In this document: positions 48,899-58,411 of the stretch, one piece after another
Position numbering within the stretch: position 1 is the stretch's first letter
Layout of the letters: each line of letters starts with the position of its first letter
Origin: a virus
Lineage: Duplodnaviria > Caudoviricetes
Strand: one strand, 5' to 3'
IMG/VR virus record: IMGVR_UViG_3300037467_003067
Coordinates: 1 to 64,000 of that record
DNA length: 64,000 bases
Made by a program: the position numbers and the translations under genes
Notes under the pieces: generated by a model
The model's input: the letters and a program-made list of their open reading frames with translations, nothing else
Told to the model about the DNA's origin: nothing
Databases searched by the model: none

Positions 48899-49425
48899 TC
48901 GGTGGGGCAATCTCGTAAAGCAAGACCTAACCGGAGACTGATCGTATCGCCAGCGGTGAGGCTGAATGGGCTTCCCAGATTGGCTGAGGCGATCAGTGAT
49001 CCGGTTAGGTCATTTTTATCGGTGAGGAAGATATTTCTCACCGGACCCCAAGATCCGCCCAAGGCTCGGAATGTGACAATGGCTGTGCTGGCTCGGTAGC
49101 TGCCGCCCGTATTGTCGATGGTGAATCCCGTCGTCGAGCTCACGGGCTGCCGGGTGTAACCGTTGGCACTTGGTTCGCCGAGGATGCCCGCCATGACATC
49201 GCCGGGAGCGATGGTGGTGCGGTTGTCGAGACCGAGGAAGTAGTAATTGGGAATGTAGGAATTATTGGTAGGACCGCCAGCGAACAGGGCTTGGAGCAGG
49301 AATTGCTCTCCCGAAGTGTGCAACATATTGCCGATATCGTGCTTCTCCCACAGGATATCACCCTGCGCATTCGAGTGACGAATTTCGATCACTCGCATCA
49401 AACCATTCCAATTAATGTTGCTCAT
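48895..49425 (-). CDS. Virion structural/tail protein
   Basis: GYTRQPV...VTFRA.GGSWGPV pattern of phage tail proteins. Confidence 0.65.
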   Translation of the reverse strand: MSNINWNGLMRVIEIRHSNAQGDILWEKHDIGNMLHTSGEQFLLQALFAGGPTNNSYIPNYYFLGLDNRTTIAPGDVMAGILGEPSANGYTRQPVSSTTGFTIDNTGGSYRASTAIVTFRALGGSWGPVRNIFLTDKNDLTGSLIASANLGSPFSLTAGDTISLRLGLALRDCPTD

Positions 49426-49442
49426 ACATCTATATATGGTTA

Positions 49443-49643
49443 ATGGAATCGTTTGCAAATTGGTTATTGAAACTCGAAATCGGGATGGTCCCGGAACCGG
49501 ACAAGCCCGAGCGACCCTGGCTAACGGCGTTGCCGACTGTGACGTTGGACGGCAGTGATTTGCCGCCGACGACCGCAAGCAACGCGCGTCAACGAAAGCT
49601 CATCCAACAGCGACGGATGCGGAAACGCATGAAGGATTCATGA
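49443..49643 (+). CDS. Small basic-tailed protein
   Basis: MESFANWLLKLE N-terminus; RRMRKRMK C-terminus. Confidence 0.55.
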   Translation: MESFANWLLKLEIGMVPEPDKPERPWLTALPTVTLDGSDLPPTTASNARQRKLIQQRRMRKRMKDS

Positions 49644-50238
49644 TTATTTCCGGTGCTACTGTGGTAGGAAAATTCAACATCTGATTCTGCCAAATCATCC
49701 AGTATTGCCACATTCTGGTCTTGTAATTCTCGACCTCGATCATCTGGGAACTGATGGTATTCAAGGTTAGCGGTTTTTTGAAGTCGATCGGCGGCAAAAG
49801 GTCATTCAGCTTATCATGGTAGTTCCGGACGAAGGATTGCCACAACCATGCCTGCTTGGCGACCTTGTAGGTCAATGGGCTGAGCAAGTTGTCGTAATAG
49901 TGGGTATAGAGATTTTCTGGCATGGGATGCTTACTTCGATTGGCAGCGGTCGGGATCGACGAATCCCCACATGTGACCAAAGAATAATCCTTAGGGATGA
50001 GTTTGGGAAAGATTTGAGTCTTGGGATCTAATTCTTCGTCCGTTTTCGGCGGTAATATAGCAGAGGAGTCAATCGGGTCCAGATCCCACAACCTCAACAG
50101 CAGTTTCTCGGTATTGGGCTGGGAATGGACACAAACCATCTTGCGGCTTTCGCCTCGGCTAACCTGGAGGGAGAAGGGAACTTGGATGAACTTCCAAAGT
50201 AAGTTTCTGCTCTCTAAGTATTCTAAATATATTCTCAT
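49600..50238 (-). CDS. Hypothetical protein
   Basis: 212-aa ORF. Confidence 0.65.
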   Translation of the reverse strand: MRIYLEYLESRNLLWKFIQVPFSLQVSRGESRKMVCVHSQPNTEKLLLRLWDLDPIDSSAILPPKTDEELDPKTQIFPKLIPKDYSLVTCGDSSIPTAANRSKHPMPENLYTHYYDNLLSPLTYKVAKQAWLWQSFVRNYHDKLNDLLPPIDFKKPLTLNTISSQMIEVENYKTRMWQYWMIWQNQMLNFPTTVAPEIIMNPSCVSASVAVG

Positions 50239-50251
50239 TGTTTAAGACCTT

Positions 50252-50280
50252 AAAATCCCTGGTGAGAGACCCACCAGGGA
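50252..50280 (-). terminator. Probable terminator
   Basis: tccctggtg / caccaggga stem, T-run on the minus strand. Confidence 0.55.
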
Positions 50281-50312
50281 CCTTGAATCCAATATCGATC
50301 AGGACTTTCGAA

Positions 50313-50639
50313 TTAGCGATCTAGATTTTCCCGGAAGTGAGACTGGAAAGAATAGAAGGACTGGTCATCGTCATCTTCGTCATCTTCATCGTCGTCATCC
50401 CATTCCTCATCATCTTCGTCGCCATCATCCTCATCGTCCCAATCGAACTCTTCATCCTCATCGTCCCAATCGAAACCATCGTCCTCGTCTTCATCCTCCC
50501 AATCGAATTCATCATCATCCTCATCTTCGTCCCAACCAAGATCATCGTCTTCATCGCTCTCTTGGATTTCACGGACCGCTTCCTGACCCCAATAAAGCCA
50601 ATCGAATTCGCTATCCTTCAAATGATCAATGTTACCCAT
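50313..50639 (-). CDS. Extremely acidic Asp/Glu-Trp repeat protein
   Basis: AGGAG RBS; (E/G)FDW(D/E)DED repeats. Confidence 0.75.
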   Translation of the reverse strand: MGNIDHLKDSEFDWLYWGQEAVREIQESDEDDDLGWDEDEDDDEFDWEDEDEDDGFDWDDEDEEFDWDDEDDGDEDDEEWDDDDEDDEDDDDQSFYSFQSHFRENLDR

Positions 50640-50768
50640 CTTAAATCTCTCCTAAAATGAAAAGAGCTAATTATTACCGACACGATCCTGATTACTTTTC
50701 CTATTAACGCAGAACTGACTAAAAAATAATAGTTCTCTTGGTAATTTTTTCACTAAAATTTAAGTTAA

Positions 50769-50936
50769 TTAATCCCCCACAACAAAATAAGTGCTGGATT
50801 CGGAGATGAGTTGATCATTGAGACGAATCTCGGCTGCGACACATATGTGTTTGGTTTCGTAATTGTACTCGAAATCAGAGGTAAGCACGATGGACAGATT
50901 TTCCCGCAGGAATTCTATGAGTTCTTCTGGCGACAT
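50769..50936 (-). CDS. Small hypothetical protein (55 aa, not in the ORF track)
   Basis: MSPEELIEFLRENLSIVL...VVGD*; AAGG upstream. Confidence 0.55.
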   Translation of the reverse strand: MSPEELIEFLRENLSIVLTSDFEYNYETKHICVAAEIRLNDQLISESSTYFVVGD

Positions 50937-51050
50937 TGGAATTGACCTTAGAAAGTGAGAATTGAATGTAGAGACATATTCTAGCAGGGATTTAAGTTAT
51001 TTTCAATAGAAAAGAAAATGCCCAAGAAAGGATTCTTGGGCATCTCATGA

Positions 51051-51251
51051 TTAGCAGGTTTTGTAGCTCGACCCGTTCGAGGATCTGTGGGTGGTGCCGG
51101 AACTGTTGACTTGATAACGGATGAAGCAGCCTCGTTTCACGATGACCTTGTGTTCGGTCGGGGTTCCGCAACCGCCACCGCAGCATGAATGGTTGGCGGG
51201 CTTCTGTGGCTTGAAATACTCGGGAGAATACTTAGACGGTGGATATGCCAT
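51051..51251 (-). CDS. Small Cys/Gly-rich protein
   Basis: GGAGG RBS; SCCGGGCG motif. Confidence 0.6.
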   Translation of the reverse strand: MAYPPSKYSPEYFKPQKPANHSCCGGGCGTPTEHKVIVKRGCFIRYQVNSSGTTHRSSNGSSYKTC

Positions 51252-52587
51252 GTAACCTCCTACAACTACAAGAAATATGGTTCCTTACAAGTACCCCGTT
51301 TTTGATGCAAAATTCTTTGTCATCGCCAACGTTGCCCGTCTTATATAAATGATTTGCGAATGTCTGAATTTCAGAATAAGTTTTATTTTTATCCGGAACA
51401 TGCTCGTCGACCAAGTTGCCGCGACTGTCGTAGCGGCGGTACTCATCGAGCGGTACATGGAAGACCACGTCACTCAAAGGATTTTGCGACATGGAACTCA
51501 CTCCGAAATCCGATAGATCAATGGTCTCCGAGACTGACTTGAGTTCGACCGAGTGGGGACCAGAATCTATGGAAAGGGCTGATACACGGTCAGCGATGGG
51601 AAGGTTCCGTTTGGCGAAGACTTGCGCGATCAGAGTGGAATACTCGCCCCCAGCTTGATGGTCGACGAACATCAAGGCTTTTCCCATGTTGGCGAACATG
51701 GTTACACCGGCTGGCGCAGTCATCGCAGCTTTGTAAACATAGCTGGAGACAATATAACCGGCTTTGCGAATTGCCTCAAGCCCATCTAATTTCTGCGCAA
51801 TCAATTTCCAATAAATGCCGATCACGATTTCGTAGATGATGCGGGTGAAGACCCGACTCAAGCTGTGGCACTCCGTACTCAATTCATTGAGCGGAGCCGC
51901 AGCAGGCAGAGTATGAGGCTCGGCATAGTTGAAAGGATTGACGGCATCTCTCAATGGTATCACTTGACCAATTGGAGATTTAAATAAAGCAGTCCCCATT
52001 TCTTCGCCTACCCTGGAAAGGAAATTGCTTCGGGAGAGATCTCCCTTGGTTTCCACAAGGGCTTTGGTCAAGGCACGGTCATGTCTCATGATGGTCGTTA
52101 TTCCTTGGATATCCCCGATGCTTTCGTGGAGAGCCGCGACTTCGGGCGCAGCGAAATTCCAGAAGTCGGGGCGGATCGAGTCTAGAAGAGCATGTCCTAA
52201 TTCATGGCTGACCACATCGACTGCCGATGCGGCATAGACCATTTTCTTGCGAACATCGTCCCAATTGAAGAAGAAATTGAGATATCGCCGATTGTAATTT
52301 GCGTTGAAGTTCTTCCCGGTCGCCGGTTGAACCATTAATTCTTCGGTCCCTGCCCACTTCGGAGTCTTGCCAATTTTCTCGATGAAATCCGGTATCGAGG
52401 TCGCCAGGATGTAATAACACATCGCAGCACGTCCGGCATGGGTATCAGGCTCGAATCCGCCTCCATCCCAGCCGATGACCATGAATGGCATCTGAGCGGT
52501 GTAGGGAGGGATCGGGCATTCATATTGGATGTTGGACGCAGGGTCTTTTAGAAATATTTTTATAGGATCAATTAAATTTGTTGGCAT
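51232..52587 (-). CDS. Gluzincin metalloprotease (M4/M36-like)
   Basis: NANY, DVVSHELGH, ALHESIGD, ECHSLS. Confidence 0.85.
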   Translation of the reverse strand: MPTNLIDPIKIFLKDPASNIQYECPIPPYTAQMPFMVIGWDGGGFEPDTHAGRAAMCYYILATSIPDFIEKIGKTPKWAGTEELMVQPATGKNFNANYNRRYLNFFFNWDDVRKKMVYAASAVDVVSHELGHALLDSIRPDFWNFAAPEVAALHESIGDIQGITTIMRHDRALTKALVETKGDLSRSNFLSRVGEEMGTALFKSPIGQVIPLRDAVNPFNYAEPHTLPAAAPLNELSTECHSLSRVFTRIIYEIVIGIYWKLIAQKLDGLEAIRKAGYIVSSYVYKAAMTAPAGVTMFANMGKALMFVDHQAGGEYSTLIAQVFAKRNLPIADRVSALSIDSGPHSVELKSVSETIDLSDFGVSSMSQNPLSDVVFHVPLDEYRRYDSRGNLVDEHVPDKNKTYSEIQTFANHLYKTGNVGDDKEFCIKNGVLVRNHISCSCRRLHGISTV

Positions 52588-52634
52588 TTCAATTCCTCCA
52601 TATAATATATGGGTGTGTTTTGGAGATTTAAAAT

Positions 52635-53168
52635 ATGACCGACAAAGAGCAGCGAATAAAAGAGCAACGAATGGCAGAGGCGATCATGAGGGGGTTAATG
52701 GGGTTGGGCGGCAAGATCGCCTGCATCGCCACCTTTTTAGGATCTAAAATCGTCTCTGAGACACCTGATTTTTACTCGGAGACATCACTGGATGACGTCT
52801 GGGACCTTGGCACCATCGACGAATATGACCATAAAAGAATAGTGACAGCAGAAGAAAATTCCTGGACCAGAGACATTGGCTATATCTTCGATGGCTTGAG
52901 TCGCGGAATGCATCTGGAAATTAAGTATCTCAGTGATGAACGAGCGTTGACGGTTTATTACAAAGGAAATAAGGTTTATCGCGAGGTGAGCGGAGATCTG
53001 GAATGTTATGCGCCCTCGGAGTGGATCGACATGATTGAAAAGTTATTTGTAGTCGCCAAGAAACTGGCTGATGAAAAGAAGTCTCGGGATGCTAAGCAGG
53101 ACGCCTCGGATACCAAGTCGTTCGTCGCTAAGAAAATTGATGAGATGAGAGCTAGATGGGGATTGTAA
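52635..53168 (+). CDS. Hypothetical protein
   Basis: GGAG RBS; 177 aa. Confidence 0.75.
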   Translation: MTDKEQRIKEQRMAEAIMRGLMGLGGKIACIATFLGSKIVSETPDFYSETSLDDVWDLGTIDEYDHKRIVTAEENSWTRDIGYIFDGLSRGMHLEIKYLSDERALTVYYKGNKVYREVSGDLECYAPSEWIDMIEKLFVVAKKLADEKKSRDAKQDASDTKSFVAKKIDEMRARWGL

Positions 53169-53190
53169 CCGGGATCAATTGTGGTATAAT
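53163..53190 (+). promoter_or_regulatory. Sigma70-type promoter (TTGTAA-16-TATAAT, extended TG)
   Basis: Perfect -10 box with upstream TGTGG. Confidence 0.55.
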
Positions 53191-53245
53191 TAACTAGATT
53201 AGGAAGATCGTTCAGTTCGTTTGAGAACCAAAGGAGGTTCGTTTC

Positions 53246-53653
53246 ATGGAAGTTATTGAGCATTTGATGGGTCGTGGAATTCTGGTCTACCAGAACCCCG
53301 ATCAGAGTTGGACCATCCAGAAGATACCGACACCAGCCGATGACCGGATTTATCTCAATGCCGCTGAATGTGCCGCCCAATTGACTGGTTTCACCAGTCG
53401 GGAAGAAGCGATCGAGGCGGCTCTCGAATTCCTACAAACGGCAAATCAGGTCGAATATGTCATGGAGGCAAAGTATAACAACGGGCTGGGACCGCGATTC
53501 AAATCCCTCGGAACGATCACGGCAGCTTCGGAGGCGATCGCTCATCAAGCCGCTCGGGAAGAAGCTGTGAAGGCATTCACCGATCCCAAGATCAAGTGGG
53601 AAGTGCGAGTCTTGCCCAAAGCCCTCTTCCAGCAGAAGACCTGCTCGAATTGA
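53246..53653 (+). CDS. Hypothetical protein
   Basis: AAGGAGG RBS. Confidence 0.75.
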   Translation: MEVIEHLMGRGILVYQNPDQSWTIQKIPTPADDRIYLNAAECAAQLTGFTSREEAIEAALEFLQTANQVEYVMEAKYNNGLGPRFKSLGTITAASEAIAHQAAREEAVKAFTDPKIKWEVRVLPKALFQQKTCSN

Positions 53654-53669
53654 TCCGAATAACCAATAC

Positions 53670-53701
53670 GAAAAGCCCAAGGAATTATCCTTGGGCTTTT
53701 C
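53670..53701. terminator. Bidirectional terminator
   Basis: gaaaagcccaagga / tccttgggcttttc. Confidence 0.85.
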
Positions 53702-53708
53702 ATTTGCA

Positions 53709-54533
53709 TTATGGAGGCGTGACTAGGTCGCTATTGGTCAAGGTATAAGGAACCTCAGTAATTGTCGAAGGAACGGTATCGGCACCATTATACTGATATT
53801 CCGTCAATTTTGCCAAATCGCCCACGACGGCACCAGCCGGATATTCCAACTTCGATGTAATGTTGCCACCCGTGATCACTTGCTTGGTGAACGTGAAGAT
53901 GCCCGACCTGCCCTTGAGCAATTCCCAATCATCTAACACATCCGATGGGTTCTGCCCGGCTGCCGTGATCAACGAAGCCTGATAAGTGTCACCAGGATCT
54001 AGCTGGACCAATGTCGCCAGACCGTCCGGATAGACCAAGGCATTGGCGATAGTGTGCCGGGCGAAATATGTAGGCAACTGAGCAATCGGAGCCTTGGCAT
54101 TGAAGTGCATGACCTGTTCTGCACTCGTGTTGGAGATGTACGCCTTGATCTGAGAATTCGGACGTTTCGACCGGATCAGGACACTGAAGACGCTGTGGTC
54201 GTTGTTCATCTCTTTGACGCTGGCTGCCCATAGAGAGGAAAAGTTCGTATCGGCGTTCAAAGCTGCGACCACTTCATAGGCTGTTGTCGCAGCAGGAGTG
54301 GCACCAGCCACGTTGACGGTCAATTCGTGAAATTGCTTCAGGGTTGGGTCGATTGCGTAATTGATCGTAAGGGTGTTATTGGTGGACATGTCGTAAGGAC
54401 CAGGAGTCCACGCTAACATCAATGATGAAGAATTCAAATTTCCGGCGATATTGAAATTCAGGGTGTATTGGCGGTCACCAAGAATCCATGTTCCTCGGAA
54501 TTCATTGTCCATTGGGTTCTGAAAATATGACAT
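53709..54533 (-). CDS. Probable virion structural protein
   Basis: Thr/Ala/Asn-rich beta composition; CTAAATAC upstream. Confidence 0.65.
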   Translation of the reverse strand: MSYFQNPMDNEFRGTWILGDRQYTLNFNIAGNLNSSSLMLAWTPGPYDMSTNNTLTINYAIDPTLKQFHELTVNVAGATPAATTAYEVVAALNADTNFSSLWAASVKEMNNDHSVFSVLIRSKRPNSQIKAYISNTSAEQVMHFNAKAPIAQLPTYFARHTIANALVYPDGLATLVQLDPGDTYQASLITAAGQNPSDVLDDWELLKGRSGIFTFTKQVITGGNITSKLEYPAGAVVGDLAKLTEYQYNGADTVPSTITEVPYTLTNSDLVTPP

Positions 54534-54629
54534 TAATAGCCTCTATATACTTTTTGTATTTCTACCTTTGTATTTAGAGAAAGATTAATGATTTCTTTTG
54601 TTGGTTAAAATCTTGTTAGACCAAAACAA

Positions 54630-54666
54630 AAACGCCTCGCAAGGAATAATTCCTTGCGAGGCGTTT
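54630..54666 (-). terminator. Intrinsic terminator
   Basis: aaacgcctcgcaaggaa / ttccttgcgaggcgttt. Confidence 0.85.
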
Positions 54667-54668
54667 CA

Positions 54669-54974
54669 TTAAGCACCGTGCTTTTCAAGATTTCTCAGGG
54701 AACAACGTTTGAGTGTTGACCCTTCCTTGTTATACCGCCTCAATCGCCAATAGGAATCCCAATCGGGGATGCGGTCCTTACGATACGATTTGACCGGAGC
54801 CTCGGTGATGTCGCGAAGGTCAGCGCCCTCCCGCAACTCATACCCCGTGATTAAGTCTTTGTTCGTCGAAATGACCAAAACAGTTCGACGCACCGGGTGG
54901 CTGTGCTTCGTGCCACGGTAGAAAAACCGGGCCACCGGCTGCGTCTTCAAAATCCCGTAAACCTTATCGCTCAT
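54669..54974 (-). CDS. Stand-alone WYL-like domain protein
   Basis: FFY...RRTV...LITGYEL...KSYRKDRI pattern. Confidence 0.5.
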   Translation of the reverse strand: MSDKVYGILKTQPVARFFYRGTKHSHPVRRTVLVISTNKDLITGYELREGADLRDITEAPVKSYRKDRIPDWDSYWRLRRYNKEGSTLKRCSLRNLEKHGA

Positions 54975-55509
54975 CTTTCACGTCCTTAAGAAGAGACTCT
55001 AAGAGATTCTTAGAATACTTAATCTTACCCAACTTCCTGTTGGAAAACCTGCCATCACCACGCGGAACTTCAAACAACAGCCGATCCTTGACGAATGCCG
55101 TCATGCTGTTGGGGTCTTCTTGCCCCTCAGGCATCTCGTGCTCGGCTAACACGAAATAAACACTACCGTCCACATCGAGGAAGAAATCGACTTCCCAATC
55201 CTCGATATATACTCTGGTCTTGTAGAGCTTACCCTTACAGACCTTCCATAAGTCGTCGAAGTCGCGGGCATCAAGCAAGGTCTCGATCTCAATGACCCTG
55301 CCGTCAACCTCACGCTTGACCGTCAACTTGTACTCGGTTTCCATCCCATTACACGGGATGATGTGCCGTACGCGACAAGTGATGTGCTTGTCGCGTACCA
55401 GATAACCCTGCCAAATTCGCGAATACCGATTGCGGCTCTTCACCTCAGCCAAATCAGCATCAGGATCGTCGCAATGGACTACGAACTTGCGTTCGTTCTC
55501 TGTGGGCAT
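54964..55509 (-). CDS. CYTH-domain protein
   Basis: ENERKF, QGYL, RVR, EIE, KTR, EVD, AEHE. Confidence 0.88.
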   Translation of the reverse strand: MPTENERKFVVHCDDPDADLAEVKSRNRYSRIWQGYLVRDKHITCRVRHIIPCNGMETEYKLTVKREVDGRVIEIETLLDARDFDDLWKVCKGKLYKTRVYIEDWEVDFFLDVDGSVYFVLAEHEMPEGQEDPNSMTAFVKDRLLFEVPRGDGRFSNRKLGKIKYSKNLLESLLKDVKDER

Positions 55510-55524
55510 TAAATAAATCCTTGC

Positions 55525-56064
55525 TTAGTCGTTCTCGCGAATCCACTCTCGCAGTTCATCGAGATCTTCGTGTGAATGGGTCAATTGGTCCTCGTAAAAC
55601 AACTCGACCCGAGCCCAAACCGCATACTCATCAACGTCAACGCTCCCCTCGATCTTGCGGGTCACGCCCTGAATCTTCTCCTTGAACTCGCTCACCTGGT
55701 CCAGACGACGGGCGTAGTTGACGCAAACTTCCTGCTCCAACTTGATCGCTTGACGGATGATTGCGCCTGCATCAGTCAGCAAAGGAATCCCATGGGGCAA
55801 TGGGAGCGGAGACACGCCCAGCGAGACCAAGAGCCGACTGAATTGCTTCACATGCTCCATCTCGCTCTTCGCCTCCTCCTCCAGCCATTCACGCAGTTCC
55901 CTGCGGTGAAGACCACGGATCAAGGAGGAACTCGACAGATAGAACATCATGTGAGTGTATTCATTCCGCAGATCACTGAGCAACAGGTCGACCATCTTCT
56001 TACGCTCCTTGATGATCAACGCCTGCTCGATAGGCTGCGGAAAAGCAAATTTTTCATTGCCCAT
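55525..56064 (-). CDS. Ferritin-like/bacterioferritin protein
   Basis: NE...Y, EEAKSEMEH, LE; ATG 56064 has an AGGAG RBS. Confidence 0.8.
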   Translation of the reverse strand: MGNEKFAFPQPIEQALIIKERKKMVDLLLSDLRNEYTHMMFYLSSSSLIRGLHRRELREWLEEEAKSEMEHVKQFSRLLVSLGVSPLPLPHGIPLLTDAGAIIRQAIKLEQEVCVNYARRLDQVSEFKEKIQGVTRKIEGSVDVDEYAVWARVELFYEDQLTHSHEDLDELREWIREND

Positions 56065-56245
56065 ATCAAATTCTCCTGAATGAGAAATTTTAGGTGCTGT
56101 AGGCGTTGCGGACAATCAACACCTTACACATCAAACAAAACCGTATCAGAAGTAACCACTATACCACCAAACCAATTCCAAATCAAGGTCGAAATCTTAA
56201 CAATATTATCTATATACTAACAGATTCCACACAAAGGAGTGATTT

Positions 56246-58042
56246 ATGGATCAAGTTTCGGCATGGAGAGGTAAATACAAGTCTTTGAGAGAATACTACG
56301 AGAAGGAATATCCTTCGAAGTATTATACCTTCACACTTGAAGAACTCCAGATCGACCCTGATGAAACGGTTGATCAACTCGATCAATACAAATTCGACCG
56401 GCAGACGGAAGAGTTCCTGAAGTGCGGCGAAAGCTTCTCATACTTTTGCCACAAATATATCAAGATTGGACATCCGGTCAAGGGAACAGTCCCATTCGTC
56501 CTGTTTAATTACCAGAGACGGGTTGTTGGCGAATTCGACGACTATCGATTCAACATCATCAGCAAATTCCGGCAGGGAGGTCTAAGTACCGTTGCGGTCA
56601 TCTGGTCGCTATGGCGATGTATGTTTAAATACGATGAAACCATCATGTTACTCTCAAAAGCCGACCGCGAAGCTATCGCTGCCGGTGAAATCGCCGTACG
56701 TGCCATTGAATTTCTCCCCACCTGGCTCAAGCCCAAGATGGAAAAATCCAACGAACACCAGCACTATTTCGAAGAGACCAGATCCAAGTTCTTTTGCTAC
56801 ACACCTAACGCGGCTCGTGGACGGTCGATTACTTATTTGATCCTCGATGAGGCGGCGTTCATCCCCAAGATGGAAGACCATTGGAAAGCTATGTACCCGA
56901 CCATCGCTACTGGTGGTAATTGCATAGCCATCTCCACGGTCAACGGCGTGGGAAACTGGTATGAAGAAACATACCACAAAGCACAAGAAGGGAAGAATCC
57001 TTTCCACATCATTGAGCTAGATTATAACGAACATCCGGATTATGACAACCCCAAATGGGTCAAAGAAACTCGTGCCAACCTGGGAGAGAAAGGCTGGCGA
57101 CAGGAAGTTCTCAGGGATTTCCTCGGCTCGGGTACGACCTATATCCCATCCGATATCATTCGCGAACTCGCCAAGAAGACCAGGGATATTCCCATCACAA
57201 GGAAATTATTCCCTGAATTCAATAACCATGATAAAAGCGAAATTATTGACGAGTGGGCTGACAAGGGCGCTCTCTGGGTCTTCAAAGAACCCTTGGACGG
57301 ACGCGAATACATCATCGGTGTTGATGCAGCCGAAGGTGTTGGCGACGACGGCGATAACAGTTGCCTCCAAATCATCGACGCCCAAACTTGCGAACAGGTC
57401 GCTGAGTTTTATAGTAACTGCTGCCCCACCGATAAGTTCGCTAAGATCACCGAACAGATCGGTATCTACTACAACAACGCGCTGGTGGTCGTCGAAAACA
57501 TGGGAGGTGCCGGTGTCGCTGTTCTCATGAAACTTCAGACCGAATACTACTATGAAAACATCTACTACGAAAATAGCAAGAGCATGGAAAAAGCGGGAGT
57601 CCGCGTCGGGAGCAACAATCGACCCGTCATACTGGAAGCACTGCAGAGCCGCTTGCTGAATAAGAGTCTGCCGGTTTCGAGTACCCGGTTCATGTTGGAA
57701 CTCGAAACCTTCATCTGGAACAAGCAAAAACAAAAAGCAGAAGCCCAGAAAGGCAAGCATGATGATGCGGTCATGGCGATGGCACACGCGATCTATGTTC
57801 GAGACCAGAATATGCGTCAGCCGCACGTCTTCCCGACTAATTCGGCACCCGTCATCACCGATGCGTTCAAGCTGGAGATGTACGAACAAATTAAGATGGA
57901 AATCCAGAGAGGTGCTCCGGATGATTGGATCGATCCGAGCGACCGTGCCATTAACTTTAATGACGACGACGAAGACCAGTTTCATGAGTTCTACGCCAAT
58001 AGACGACCATACCACTCCATCCTTTCCGAATTTGCCTGGTGA
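56246..58042 (+). CDS. terL: Terminase large subunit (T4 gp17-like)
   Basis: NYQ, KFRQGGLST, ILDEAAF, ISTVNG, IGVDAAEG, HDDAVMA. Confidence 0.95.
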   Translation: MDQVSAWRGKYKSLREYYEKEYPSKYYTFTLEELQIDPDETVDQLDQYKFDRQTEEFLKCGESFSYFCHKYIKIGHPVKGTVPFVLFNYQRRVVGEFDDYRFNIISKFRQGGLSTVAVIWSLWRCMFKYDETIMLLSKADREAIAAGEIAVRAIEFLPTWLKPKMEKSNEHQHYFEETRSKFFCYTPNAARGRSITYLILDEAAFIPKMEDHWKAMYPTIATGGNCIAISTVNGVGNWYEETYHKAQEGKNPFHIIELDYNEHPDYDNPKWVKETRANLGEKGWRQEVLRDFLGSGTTYIPSDIIRELAKKTRDIPITRKLFPEFNNHDKSEIIDEWADKGALWVFKEPLDGREYIIGVDAAEGVGDDGDNSCLQIIDAQTCEQVAEFYSNCCPTDKFAKITEQIGIYYNNALVVVENMGGAGVAVLMKLQTEYYYENIYYENSKSMEKAGVRVGSNNRPVILEALQSRLLNKSLPVSSTRFMLELETFIWNKQKQKAEAQKGKHDDAVMAMAHAIYVRDQNMRQPHVFPTNSAPVITDAFKLEMYEQIKMEIQRGAPDDWIDPSDRAINFNDDDEDQFHEFYANRRPYHSILSEFAW

Positions 58043-58048
58043 AAATTT

Positions 58049-58411
58049 ATGAAAAACAATACAGGACAAACCAAGCAGTTATTGGAACAGGCACTCAGAG
58101 CCTTGCCGGACGACTTTGCCCTCCAGGGGGCAAGGTCATCCATCATTGCAGCCCTGAACCATATCAGCAGCATAGAACATAAACGACAGAGGCGAGAGAA
58201 CACGCAGAAGCACCTGGAAAAAATCCAGGCACAACAGCCGTTCAATATCGCGCCTTTATCTCCGACCCAAGCCAAGGCGGCAATCAACGGGCTGGAAAAA
58301 TTAATCCAACAAGAATTGGCGAACATTGACGCAAGGAAGTCCGAGAAGCCGAAACAGTCACAAACCAGGAGGAATTTTGGGAATAATGACCTTCAAACGT
58401 TTCATGGATAA
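58049..58411 (+). CDS. Hypothetical protein
   Basis: 120-aa helical ORF after terL. Confidence 0.65.
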   Translation: MKNNTGQTKQLLEQALRALPDDFALQGARSSIIAALNHISSIEHKRQRRENTQKHLEKIQAQQPFNIAPLSPTQAKAAINGLEKLIQQELANIDARKSEKPKQSQTRRNFGNNDLQTFHG

